DNA of 64,000 nucleotides, taken from positions 1 through 64,000 of the forward strand of contig NKIB01012763.1 in NCBI GenBank assembly GCA_002256025.1, read 5' to 3'. Below are positions 34,396 through 45,080 of this stretch, piece after piece. Numbering within the stretch: the stretch's first letter is position 1; the number at the start of each line of letters is the position of its first letter. Source of the DNA: Asterionella formosa (taxonomy: Eukaryota). The notes beneath the pieces are model-generated. The model worked only from the letters and a program-made list of their open reading frames with translations, made no database searches and was not told where the DNA came from. Position numbers and translations under genes: made by a program.

Positions 34396-35533
34396 AAATG
34401 GTGATCATACTAATTACCAATGGAGTTTATCATAGGAGAGTGAAGACAAATATGTAAGTAGGAGTAAACTGGTACCTTTTACGGTATAATGGCTACTCCT
34501 GGTTGGAGTACCCGTAGTATATTTTTCATGTAGGCACTCTATGTGTGGGCAAACGGAATCACAAACACGATAGTACCCTTGAAAAAATCATCCTCGTCAG
34601 CCATGAGCGAATGTGATACGTATGTGCATGCACGATCACCGCCCATGGAAAAAATTGATTCCAGGTGGAACAACCCTTGGGTTGCTTACGTATATGAACA
34701 AGAATTCAGTCCGAAAAATCTATGTAAAGCAAGTGCAATCATGACCACAAAGCAAACCACAACTAGTGGCAAGTTGCGGTCAGTTGGCTTAAATAACCAA
34801 TTTAATATAGGATAAAGATAGCTAAAGTTTCAATTTCAGCACAATCATCGCAACTTGCGGGTATCTATGCGTAAAATGTCTACTAAACAACTAGATCGGA
34901 GTATTTGTACCAGGTATACTATACAGTACTATTCCATGAAAACCGGTAGAGCTACGGTAGCTACCCGTTTCCTGCTGGCTAATCCCTTCCACATACCGCT
35001 ATGTATGTACCACTTACAGTAGTAAATACATTCACACCCATCATTGTTTATTCAACAACGTGTCAGTAGCTACCGGTAATATAATTTATTGGTCTATCCA
35101 TCTACCGGTATACACTTTGCGGAATTAATGAACGAATAGAGGTACCAGGTACCTGCTACCTGGTACCTGGTACCGGTATGTATGATATCTGGCATCTTGC
35201 ACTATTTCATTACCGGTATATGTGAGTAAAATGCATTATGGTGTGGTTGTTAGGATTCATGATAAAATAGTCATACCAGTATTCTTACCGGTAGGTTGCT
35301 TGACGACGGTACCAGTTATGTAGCTGGACCCACTAAGTGATGGAGTACCAGTATAATAGGTAGACCAACGAGGTATATTATCTACCTCTATACATAAAGT
35401 ACAAGGCTGTAATACAATTATTAGTAGACTTCCCAGTAGAACGGTTCAGTTGTCTTGAGTGGCTTCCGACTCAAGTTCACTTTATATTCATTTCCACTCT
35501 CACACTCTATCTCTCTACTTGGCTACTGTCATC

Positions 35534-36499
35534 ATGAGGCATAGCATAACCTCCCTTATCTTGTTGCTACTTTTGGCCGCTTCCAATGGTTTTGTTCCGC
35601 CAAGGCCTGCTGCCGCGTTTTCTTCCCGTCCTACTCCGCTGCCAACAACAAGTGCATCTAACTCGGACCATCAAGGGAGACTCGCGCGACTGCAGAGATG
35701 GAAGGATCGGTCCCAGAAAATCGTTAAGAGAACTTCCAAGACAGTAGCAAGTGTCGTTGTGGCATGGGTTATCGCTTCGGGCCGAAACCCAGCTCTCGCC
35801 GACATGATTGGGACAAAGGCTCCCCCTGGACTGGATACATCACTACGAGCAAATGAAATCTTAGTGCAGTCTTTGAGGCCAGACGCAACAATAGAAGATG
35901 CGGAGAGCGCTGTATCAGGAAAGTCAGTGAGGGATCAGCGCAATGTAATCATTGGTATGTCAACCGATGTGACAGAAAAGGCCCCCAAAACAAAGAAAGC
36001 AGGGCAAAAGAAAGTGCAGAAGTCCTTGTACTACGATGATGAAGAAGAGGACGACCAAACTGAAGAGTTGTTTGGTGACAGTGAAACTACAGTGAAGCCT
36101 CGCTCTGGGGCCGCCGCAGCACGTTTTTCCTCGTCTTCGACGTCGTCTGCATATGCAGCGGTGTCAAAGGGCCCATCGAAGGGCATGTACGTCAAATCTG
36201 CCGCAATAATTCTCACAATTCCTGCGGTGTGGCTAACAACTCGCGAATATTTGCGAAGACGAGGTGAAGAAGAATATGTAATAAAGTCAATGGCTATTTT
36301 GGAGGCACAAAAGGCTGAATTTTTCAACGTCACGGCGTCCAAGAATGATGAAGATATAAACGATGAGTTAAAGGATCTTAAAAAGAATTCAACTGATACC
36401 AAAAATGATGATGATGATGACGACGATGACGACGATGACGACGATGATGATGACGAGTCTCCAAAAAGACCTAAAGGTGGACGAGGAGGAAAGAAATGA
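35534..36499 (+). CDS. Unknown plastid-targeted, probably thylakoid membrane protein with a poly-Asp tail
   Basis: Signal peptide MRHSITSLILLLLLAASNG-FVP, S/T/R-rich transit peptide, a second basic+hydrophobic segment ending NPALA-D, one later TM segment (SAAIILTIPAVWL) and a long Asp run. Confidence 0.75.
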   Translation: MRHSITSLILLLLLAASNGFVPPRPAAAFSSRPTPLPTTSASNSDHQGRLARLQRWKDRSQKIVKRTSKTVASVVVAWVIASGRNPALADMIGTKAPPGLDTSLRANEILVQSLRPDATIEDAESAVSGKSVRDQRNVIIGMSTDVTEKAPKTKKAGQKKVQKSLYYDDEEEDDQTEELFGDSETTVKPRSGAAAARFSSSSTSSAYAAVSKGPSKGMYVKSAAIILTIPAVWLTTREYLRRRGEEEYVIKSMAILEAQKAEFFNVTASKNDEDINDELKDLKKNSTDTKNDDDDDDDDDDDDDDDDESPKRPKGGRGGKK

Positions 36500-37669
36500 T
36501 TTTGATGGCAATTTTGACTGAGTCCATGCAGGACCTTATGGGAGAATTCTATTAGGCAATTCAATTATGTCAGCAATAGGAATCTAGCACAGTACTATAA
36601 TTTCCAATCAGCCCACAGCTAGTATCCTCAGCAAATCTTGACTTCAGGGACAGTGTTCAAGGCCATTAATGAGGAAGTCACAATGCCAGATTGTCATGAC
36701 AAATAATTCCCATCCCCAAAATTGATGATGAACACCTTACTATATCTAAAATTGACGGAGTTCCGCAATATTGTATATGTTTTTTCTCAATTTTCATATC
36801 CTTCCAAATGATTTTTTGGAATAGAAGAAAATAACGATCCATTCTTAAACTCGTTATTAAACAAGGTCAAAAAATTCTGTATCTGAGAAACTAGCTAAAT
36901 AATCCTCTTGTTCGACTCAGAAAAATATGCCATGAGACCGGAAATACCATTCAAACTCATCTTCCTCATGTGCGGAAACATAGTCCATGGGGGAGTTTTG
37001 GATAATTTTTATAAACTGATGCATGCTCGACGGGTTCATTTCTATTTGTCACCAGTTATAACGCAAAAAATAGGACACAGTGTTGCTGAACTGAAATGAC
37101 AAGAAAACAGCATATATACAGAAGGTTGAATACATGGTCGTAAGCAAAAAATGTGTTCTTTCTTAGTGCAACATGATGGACTCCTAATTTATGATCTTAT
37201 CACACATTTTGTGCAATTGACGATTGTTCAGACAATAATTTATATGATATGTTTTTATTTGGGGAAGCTTCTAATTGGTCACCAAATATAACATAACTGA
37301 CTTTAAGAAACTGATCAGGAAGATCAGTATCTTGACTAAGATACAACAATGTACATTAACTTTATCCAATAATCGCACCCGGGAAACAAATAAATGGACA
37401 CAATTGGTAATATTTTTATTCGTCCATACAGTACAATGGGACCTGTCTTTCCATCAGCTGCACCCCCCACGTCCCTTGGGCACACTAGGGACTACATGAA
37501 AAAGACAGGTAAAGAATGCAGGAACCAAACCCCCCACCTTGGCAGATGTGCTAGTAACCAACTGAGCCATTCCTCCTATCTTGACTAAGATAAAATATTT
37601 AGTAGAATTATTCTATGGATACTCATGGACATATAGGCCTCTGTGCTGACATGAATTGCATCACCGCCA

Positions 37670-38100
37670 ATATAGATGCCATGCAGAAGACACTTTCCTT
37701 GATTGTTTAACTTGTACCTGCGAGATCGCACTGGGCCTGGTAAACTCTGATAGTGAGTTTTGATACCTGTTCAGAAGAAAGTGATAGGAGTAATTAATTG
37801 GAGACTGTCCATTAATGTTTAGATAAACGATAACAGGTGTCCAGATGAGCATATGGGTACGGAGATTTAGCACAAAAAATAAAATCTGATTTACTGTAGG
37901 CGATAAAGTTGGCTTCGGTTAAACCAACTAGGTAAGGTAGAGAATGAAAGAACAATTATATCAATAAACACACAATAATTAGTCAAACAAGATGAATCAA
38001 AATACGAACTCATACTCGCACAAATGAAATGATTTATTGTCAATTTTGGAAGTAATGGATACGATTGATGCACAGACCTCCAAATTTTCTGTCAAAGAAC
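37670..38100 (-). mobile_element. Possible hAT transposase C-terminal dimerisation-domain remnant
   Basis: Minus-strand peptides KIWRSVHQSYPLLPKL (~38088-38040) and KESVFCMAS (~37700-37674) resemble W..H..YP.L.KLA and SERVFS.A. Heavily decayed. Confidence 0.35.
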
Positions 38101-38549
38101 ATTTTCTTTTCCTTACTACTTTCTTGAAGATATCAATCAGTTCCTCTATGAGGAAATTATTCAACACCATTCCAAATGTAACCTGTCAATTCTCCATTTT
38201 ATTTAATAGCAAGAGTAATGATCTAAGTAAAAATTGGTTAGTAAACAAGGTTATTCAAGGAGGATGAAAGAGCAAATGAATCTAACCTGCATTGAAATGT
38301 GTGCGAAAGGATTCTCTCATTCTATATGCACCACCACTGCTGTCATTGGCTTTGTCATCATTGGATGAAGATGAAGAAAGCAACATATGAGAATTCATTG
38401 ACCACATACTCTTCATCAGTCACTACTGTCTTCATTGCAATTCTTCTTCTTTGAAGAACTCATGCCAAATCAGAGGAGCTTTTCCCGTTATACATGTACA
38501 AGATGAACAACTGTGAACAATCAATAGACTTTCTAACACAAAATATTCT

Positions 38550-39701
38550 ATAAATGCTACAATTTCTACACATTTTTATAAACCCTCCATTAAAAGCAAG
38601 AGTGAAACATATTGTAAGCATATGTGAAGCATGTCAACGTACGAAATTACCTGGTGCTCGTTTTGGTGAACTTCCACCCAGGAATGAATTGTTATTGCCA
38701 TGATCAGAAATCGCAGTGGATTTAATTGGTACATGGAAGATAACAGTGGCTGCACAAGCGATTGAATTTCGTGCTCTAACTTGTGTTGACACAGTCACCA
38801 ATTTACCAGAAATTACATGGAAATATACTGCTATGAAATTTGAAAATGATTGGTGAGCCCGATATCCACGTCTAGAACATTTTATTCATGACAATGAAGG
38901 TGAATTTCCTGGTATTCCTTTTTGCACATGATTTTAGTGTTGAATGGAATTAAAGATGTGACTTCTACGGTCAAGAATCCACAAGCTAATGCTATCTTTG
39001 AATGTTTACATCAATCTATACATAATAGTCTACGGGTTATGTCAAAGGCTCGTCCTCCTATTAATGAATGTCAAGCTCAAAATATTGTGGATACATGTTT
39101 TGCAGCTGCATCATATGCAGCTCGAGCTACTATTCATAGTACTACTAGTACATTGCGTATTTCAGCAGGAGCATGGGTTTTCCAACGTGATATGATATTA
39201 AATATTACTTTGATTACAGATTTACAATTAATATATCAACGTCGACAAGTGACAATTGACTAATTTCTATGTTGTGCTGATTTCCGTCATTGCTCTTGTG
39301 ATTACAAAGTGGGTGACGAGATTTTAATCCTACTATTGGATAATCCTACTATTTTGTATGACTGTGGACGAGGTCCTTATTCTATTATTCAAGTACATGC
39401 CTATGGTACAGTTACTTTTCAATGAAGTATGCATATTACGGAACAAATTAATATTTGTCACATCAAACAATTTCATAGGTAAAAGGTTTTCCCTTGGTGT
39501 GGGAGAGTGAGCAATCCCGTGAATCAATACAAATGATATAGGGTTAGAGTTATATCTTATATATCAGAACTCAATAATGAGAGAACTCGACTAACACCTA
39601 TGGTATACTTTGGTGTCGAGTTAGAGAACCAGTTGCACTCAAGGATTAACTAATAAGCTCATATATTCAACAAATACTTCTACTTCTAGTTAGATACTTC
39701 A
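38550..39701 (+). mobile_element. Ty3/Gypsy LTR retrotransposon 3' half: decayed integrase, PPT and 3' LTR (39508-39701)
   Basis: Peptides TISTHFY, CEACQRTKLPG, IAVDLIG, ALTCVDTVTNL, IHDNEGEF, NPQANAIFECLHQ, DYKVGDEIL and GPYSIIQVH. Purine tract GGGAGAG is followed by TGAGCAATCC...GATACTTCA. Confidence 0.9.
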
Positions 39702-40060
39702 CCAGGTACCTGGAACCAGTCGTACATATGTAACATAACTATTTACCGTATTACAGTAGTCGACAATTTCGTACTCGCGGTTTTCTCTGTAGAATGCAAT
39801 CATTAAGCCCATAACCCAAATACGATTATTCCGGTCCACGACACGATCAACCATCAGCCATGAACCACCTATTATTTATATTCAGACCTGGAGACGGAAA
39901 CGGCAGAAACCAGCCAAGCAAGATAGAAAAGGTCGATATCCTGGTAGTCTTGATAGATTTGTGAAAGGCGAGGAATCGAAAGCAATGATGTAATGCGCCA
40001 TTCCTTGGACATAACTCATCGAATATCCTGCTACGCTCAGCTCTTCGTGAGCAGGCAGTC

Positions 40061-41428
40061 ATGCCGTATTTGAAAATTATTTACAATTTTGTCCTGATAG
40101 CCACCATGTTCAAAAGCGCTTGCTCGTTTCGTTCTTTGTGGTCGACAAGAAGGCAAGGACCCAAAGCCTTCTTGCTAAGCACACTGGTCGAATCTGCCGA
40201 TGACTGGCGACTGAATCCAGCCCTGAACTATATCGCCGAATTCCCTACTTGGATTACACCGAAAGAGCATTGTCAAACTGTGCTTTCTGCTCCTCGAGTT
40301 CAAAAGTATCTCGCTCGAATACCTGAATTGAATCAACGGATACGACTGGTGCAGAGCTACAACGACTCGCATCAACTTGTTCTGCAATCATCTGATGTCA
40401 AGGAGCTGCCAAGTGATGTTATGGATTTTCTCACAAATTTGTCTATTGATACAAACGGACCAATCTATTCCGTCCCTTTGACTTGCAAGAACTGGACAGT
40501 GGCAAGAGTCCTATCCGTGGTTCTGCCCCCGGAAGCGCAGCCTCCGCCAGCTGCCTTTGAATTGATAGGCCATATTGCGCACTTTAATCTCAAAGAAAAT
40601 CATAGAAAGCATAAGGAAGTGATAGGTCAAGTCATTTTAGCAACCTTACCTGGTGTCGAAACAGTTGTCAACAAGGTTGGCGAAGTTGGCGGAGACTACC
40701 GAACCTACGAGATGGAAGTGGTGGCAGGTAGACATGATTTTAACGTTTCCATGCAAGAAAACAGAATATGTGTTGAATTCGACTTGCGCCACGTTTATTG
40801 GTGTACACGGCTGGGAGGAGAACGGCAATATATGGTGCAGAAAGAGTTCAAGAATGGCCAAACAATTGCGGACCCCTTTTGTGGAGTTGGAGCTCTCTGT
40901 GTCTTGGCTGCAAAGGAAAAAAAGTGTAAAATTCTCGCTAATGACTGGAATCCTCATGCTGTATCTGCTTGTGAACAAAATTCACGGATTAATGGTGTAA
41001 CCTTCGATCGAATTTCATGTCAGGATGCATATGATTTCATGACAGACCTAGGCCTTGGTGGCCATATACCCCATCATGTCGTAATGAATTATCCTGGTGA
41101 AGCTCCAAATTTTCTCTCAGCCTTACGATGGTGGCCACAGCCAAAGAAAAATGCCGATATCGTCCCTCGTTTCCATGTTTACACGTTTGCCAAGATTATT
41201 GATGGCGGTAGCTATGAACAGGCTGCTGTTGACCTTGTCATTGATCAGTTGATACCCGAAGGAGGAGCGGCTGAGAAAACAAGGGGAAGACAGTCTGAGT
41301 TCGATCGATTGGGGTGTAATGTAAAGGCCAGAGAAATTCGAGATGTTGCTCCTGGTAAAGTGGTTGTTTGTGTAAGCTTTTCGGCAACATCGCAATTGCT
41401 CCGTCATGTCCAAGGCGACTTCGTCTAG
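40061..41428 (+). CDS. TRM5: tRNA (guanine-37-N1) methyltransferase Trm5 family, probably plastid-targeted
   Basis: Motifs FELIGHIAHFNL, TVVNK, VYWCTRLGGER, IADPFCGVG, ANDWNP, HVVMNYP and IRDVAPGK...CVSF. N-terminal signal peptide ends SACS-F. Confidence 0.88.
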   Translation: MPYLKIIYNFVLIATMFKSACSFRSLWSTRRQGPKAFLLSTLVESADDWRLNPALNYIAEFPTWITPKEHCQTVLSAPRVQKYLARIPELNQRIRLVQSYNDSHQLVLQSSDVKELPSDVMDFLTNLSIDTNGPIYSVPLTCKNWTVARVLSVVLPPEAQPPPAAFELIGHIAHFNLKENHRKHKEVIGQVILATLPGVETVVNKVGEVGGDYRTYEMEVVAGRHDFNVSMQENRICVEFDLRHVYWCTRLGGERQYMVQKEFKNGQTIADPFCGVGALCVLAAKEKKCKILANDWNPHAVSACEQNSRINGVTFDRISCQDAYDFMTDLGLGGHIPHHVVMNYPGEAPNFLSALRWWPQPKKNADIVPRFHVYTFAKIIDGGSYEQAAVDLVIDQLIPEGGAAEKTRGRQSEFDRLGCNVKAREIRDVAPGKVVVCVSFSATSQLLRHVQGDFV

Positions 41429-41510
41429 TAGCTAAATGGAATTTAGTCACCGATGGATAATTGTTGGTAATAATATTTCACTAGGAGTACGATTTTTATA
41501 TGTAAACACA

Positions 41511-44405
41511 CTAAACGAGTTCAATCTCAGATGGAGGCGGCTTGGCGCTGTCAAAGCTCTCCAGACCGGCCTTTTCAGCTTCTTCCATCACGATTAATCG
41601 CTGACGCTGGTTTCGGTTCTCTCGGTAATACCAAAGAACACCCCCCATCATGATGATGATGATAGTTGTCCATGCGACTAGGTTGACAACCAAGGGATTG
41701 TATGGGGTGCCCTTCCCTTCAACGTTACCGTTGTTCTCTTGAAGGAATCTATCCCATGCAGACTCAATGTAAACATTGATTGCGAGAAGCACGGCATCAA
41801 ATGACCCATGCAAAATTATTGCCGGAAGGATCACGCGACCCACTCCAATTCTATGATCCTTGTCTGTGCTACATTCCACAAACTTCTGAATCATATTGAT
41901 TGATTGCATTGCGGCGGCAAGTGCGTGAACTGGAAAAACAGATCTAAAGAAGAGAACAAGCCATTCCTCCATAGTTCCACCCTTTTCGTTATTTCCACTA
42001 TCAATCCCACCCATAAGAAAGACATATAGAAAGTTTTCGGCGCAAGCCAAGCCAACTGCGACGCTAATCATTCCAGTAGTGACAGCAGCAGCCTTCTGAC
42101 GGTATGTTCTTGCATCGTTATTATCTTCGGCAAATTCTTCTTCGCTAGCAGCTCGTTTAATCCATTCCTTGTTTGCTATGACAGATCGATTCGACTTGTT
42201 GGATCGGTGTGAATATTGTGAAGCAGACTCAAACGAATTGTTTCGATTCAGTTTCGGCAATTGATGGATTCCATAAGGATACTGGACGACACCGCCATCC
42301 ACGGCTGCATCATCTTGCTGATTTCGATTGAGACCAGTCAAAAAGATCAAGTCGGGGTGTTCAACAGCACGAAAGGTATAATATTTGCAGAGCTCCTCTG
42401 TGGTCGCTGCGACAATGTAAGCATTTACAAGCTCGCCTAAAAGCCAGAGCGCACTGTAATGCTTAATTAACCATCCAATAAAAGCGTCCCCACAGATAAA
42501 CTCCAACAAAGCATAAAGAGAATATGACAAGGACAAAATAACGTTTACCATAAGGCCTTCGAAAAAGAAAGCCGTGGGAGTTGCAATCAAAAATCCGGCT
42601 GCGAAATATTTCACCACTGCGTCCATACTCAAATCAGACTTATGAAAGATCCAGTGTACCACATAGAGCACCAAGAATGACTGGACAAAGGTCGCAATCA
42701 ACACAATCCCATCAGCCCAACTAAATTTTGCCCGTGGGTTGAAAATCAAAGTAGCGACGATTACGATTACTGTGGATGAGAAGATAATAAGGATGTATCG
42801 ACTCAATCGCGACAAAGCTTGAATGTGAGGAACGAAACCAGACTTGCGTCTTGTCTTGCCTAGCCAGCCCCGACGCAAATCGTTAACATTTGGCTGATAT
42901 TCTGAAAATGGCTGGTGTGTAATGTAATCAATACGTTGAAATTTCGGCGCAACCAGCAAGCGAACTTCGCGGCCTTCTTGAGCCAGAGCACAAATAGAAA
43001 GGCATTGAAACCAACACTTGCAAATAAATCCACAACAACATGTCATGAGACAGGAGAACGATCGCGAAGAACAGTCTTGGTTTTTCCTCTTGTTGCCTCT
43101 GTAATCCAACTCAGCTTCTACTTGGTTTTCAATTTCCATTTGTGGATCCACAGGATAGCATCCACAAAGTGTATGTGAGCATGCTCCTTCATAGTTGTCT
43201 TCTAACGTTGAAATTTTGTTTGTTCCAGACGATGCATAGTACAAAGAATCCTCTTGTGCTCTTGCCTTCGCAATGGCATACCGGGCCCTCATGCGACGAC
43301 GACGTCCAACAACCCCCAGGACTAACATAAAAAGCAGGGCCAGAACCACACGGGAAAGAGCTCCTGCATCATATCCGTTGTCCTGGGTATGTGTTAAAAG
43401 ACGCTGTTCTGGTCTGTCTTTCCATTCTTCTTTGACGAATTCAATGAGTGGCTCCCAAAAAGCTTGCTGTGAGTCTCGAAGTTTGCAGATTCCAAGAACG
43501 CGGTGGCCCTGCTGAGTAGAGAGTAGCTTCTTGGATTCAAAATGAAGCATTCGATTACCATCGGCGTTACCGTCATCTGCCTGGACTCCATCATCACCGT
43601 TGTTGGCATCGTCGGCAGCCACAGCAGCATCGTCTGTACGTACATCAAAGGCTCCATCGTTCCCGTTCCAATTAGCGCTCATCGAACCATGTTTCGATCC
43701 GAAACCAAAAATAACAAAGGTCACTCCCATCAGCAAAAGTGTCAATAGCAATAAATATCCGATGACCCGTGATGGATGACGATGGGCCGCTGCACTATTT
43801 CGTCTAGACCTTGATTCTGACCCTCGTTGTACCTCTCTGATTTCCAAGAGGTACTCTGTTCGATTGCTCAGCAAAAGCCCAAAACATCCCATGCTAGCAC
43901 ATACCAGAGACTCGTCGAGAAAAAGGGATTGAATCGACGTTGAGAACCCTCGAAAACGAACAATTTTCTTGTATTCCTGTTCATAGTCGTCGTCTCGGCC
44001 TCGTGAAACAGCAGAAATACGGGATTCATAGGAATCGTCGCTGTCGTCATTGCAAAAGATACGCGACGTGCTCTGTCCAATTTGCAGGGGTGGTCCTGGG
44101 CCTTGTTGGTCCCCCAACGAATCATCCTCCAAGTTGTCCGAGACGGCAGACACAACAGACGACGATTTCTTCGCGCCTCGCTCTTTGGAAGCTGCTCTTC
44201 TAAATAGCGTCGATATTCCAGTTGTGAGACCTCGTTGCTTCGGAGGCGACGTTACAAAATCGCCAGAGTTGACTTCCATCGAGGTATCGAGCATTGGAGG
44301 GACGTAATCCCCTATATCCGCAACATCCACTGTATCTCGACTTCTGCTTTTTCCACTGCGTCGCCATGATCGCCGCCCCTCGCGACGATCATCAGGTGTG
44401 GACAT
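41511..44405 (-). CDS. Multi-pass membrane protein: Cys-rich PLAC8-like region plus PrsW-family intramembrane protease
   Basis: PrsW-type motifs AATTEELCKY, GLACAENFLY, FPVHAL and ILHGSFD. Cys-rich segment CLMTCCCGFICKCWFQCLSICALAQEGREV. 964 aa, intronless. Confidence 0.75.
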   Translation of the reverse strand: MSTPDDRREGRRSWRRSGKSRSRDTVDVADIGDYVPPMLDTSMEVNSGDFVTSPPKQRGLTTGISTLFRRAASKERGAKKSSSVVSAVSDNLEDDSLGDQQGPGPPLQIGQSTSRIFCNDDSDDSYESRISAVSRGRDDDYEQEYKKIVRFRGFSTSIQSLFLDESLVCASMGCFGLLLSNRTEYLLEIREVQRGSESRSRRNSAAAHRHPSRVIGYLLLLTLLLMGVTFVIFGFGSKHGSMSANWNGNDGAFDVRTDDAAVAADDANNGDDGVQADDGNADGNRMLHFESKKLLSTQQGHRVLGICKLRDSQQAFWEPLIEFVKEEWKDRPEQRLLTHTQDNGYDAGALSRVVLALLFMLVLGVVGRRRRMRARYAIAKARAQEDSLYYASSGTNKISTLEDNYEGACSHTLCGCYPVDPQMEIENQVEAELDYRGNKRKNQDCSSRSFSCLMTCCCGFICKCWFQCLSICALAQEGREVRLLVAPKFQRIDYITHQPFSEYQPNVNDLRRGWLGKTRRKSGFVPHIQALSRLSRYILIIFSSTVIVIVATLIFNPRAKFSWADGIVLIATFVQSFLVLYVVHWIFHKSDLSMDAVVKYFAAGFLIATPTAFFFEGLMVNVILSLSYSLYALLEFICGDAFIGWLIKHYSALWLLGELVNAYIVAATTEELCKYYTFRAVEHPDLIFLTGLNRNQQDDAAVDGGVVQYPYGIHQLPKLNRNNSFESASQYSHRSNKSNRSVIANKEWIKRAASEEEFAEDNNDARTYRQKAAAVTTGMISVAVGLACAENFLYVFLMGGIDSGNNEKGGTMEEWLVLFFRSVFPVHALAAAMQSINMIQKFVECSTDKDHRIGVGRVILPAIILHGSFDAVLLAINVYIESAWDRFLQENNGNVEGKGTPYNPLVVNLVAWTTIIIIMMGGVLWYYRENRNQRQRLIVMEEAEKAGLESFDSAKPPPSEIELV

Positions 44406-45080
44406 TGATGAGGCTTAAGCGAAGCCAACTGGTTGACTGAAATATACCTCTTAACACAGGTTGAAGAGCCGCCACTTGTAGTGGATCCTCAAACCTTGCA
44501 ATTTTATTATTTATCATGGAAGAACCAGGAGTGGGAACAAATAAGCAAATTTCGTGAAAGGAGGAGCGAACAAATTAAATGTTGGGCCAGCGTACATATA
44601 CGTGAATCATATATCGTGATCATTTCGGTTTCATTGGTTGTCAACTCCAACGGACCATCTCGAGCAATACAAGTCTTCGTTGGTGAAGAACTGTCGATAT
44701 CGCCCAATTTCAAATTTAACAGACATGAAGAAGTTTATGCACATGAAGAAAGCATGGGTGTCCTGGTACCTGGTATTGTGTATGGTGGAAGTAAGGCCCC
44801 GTGGTATCTGACTGCATTTTCCGCGACCAGGACATGCGCTGTGTCGAACTAGCTACCTGGTACCTGGTACTGTACACGTACAGGTTACCACGATACTGTA
44901 CGCTGTACCAGGTACTGAAAGTAAGTACCAGGTACCGGTAAGACACGACCGAGGGTGGAGACCACCATGTACCTGCGATTATTCTTGTTTTCCCGGGCGC
45001 CACTCGTTCGGTCAACCTACTCGCGCCTCCCAAGCCTCGAACAGAAGATTATGAGTACCGGTAGACAGACTCCTCCCGAG

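Noticed and set aside
36404..36455. (GAT/GAC)n tract and the antisense poly-Ser ORF at 36031-36564
   Set aside because: The tract encodes the poly-Asp tail of the plus-strand gene, and the antisense ORF is its shadow.
11046..41428. RimM plus an m1G37 methyltransferase as a relic of the bacterial rimM-trmD operon
   Set aside because: The genes are 28 kb apart and the enzyme is Trm5, which is unrelated to TrmD.
44433..45033. Short ORFs rich in VPGT/YQVP/TWY peptides here and at 65-436, 34205-34435 and 50302-50511
   Set aside because: They are translations of the GGTACC palindromic arrays, not proteins.
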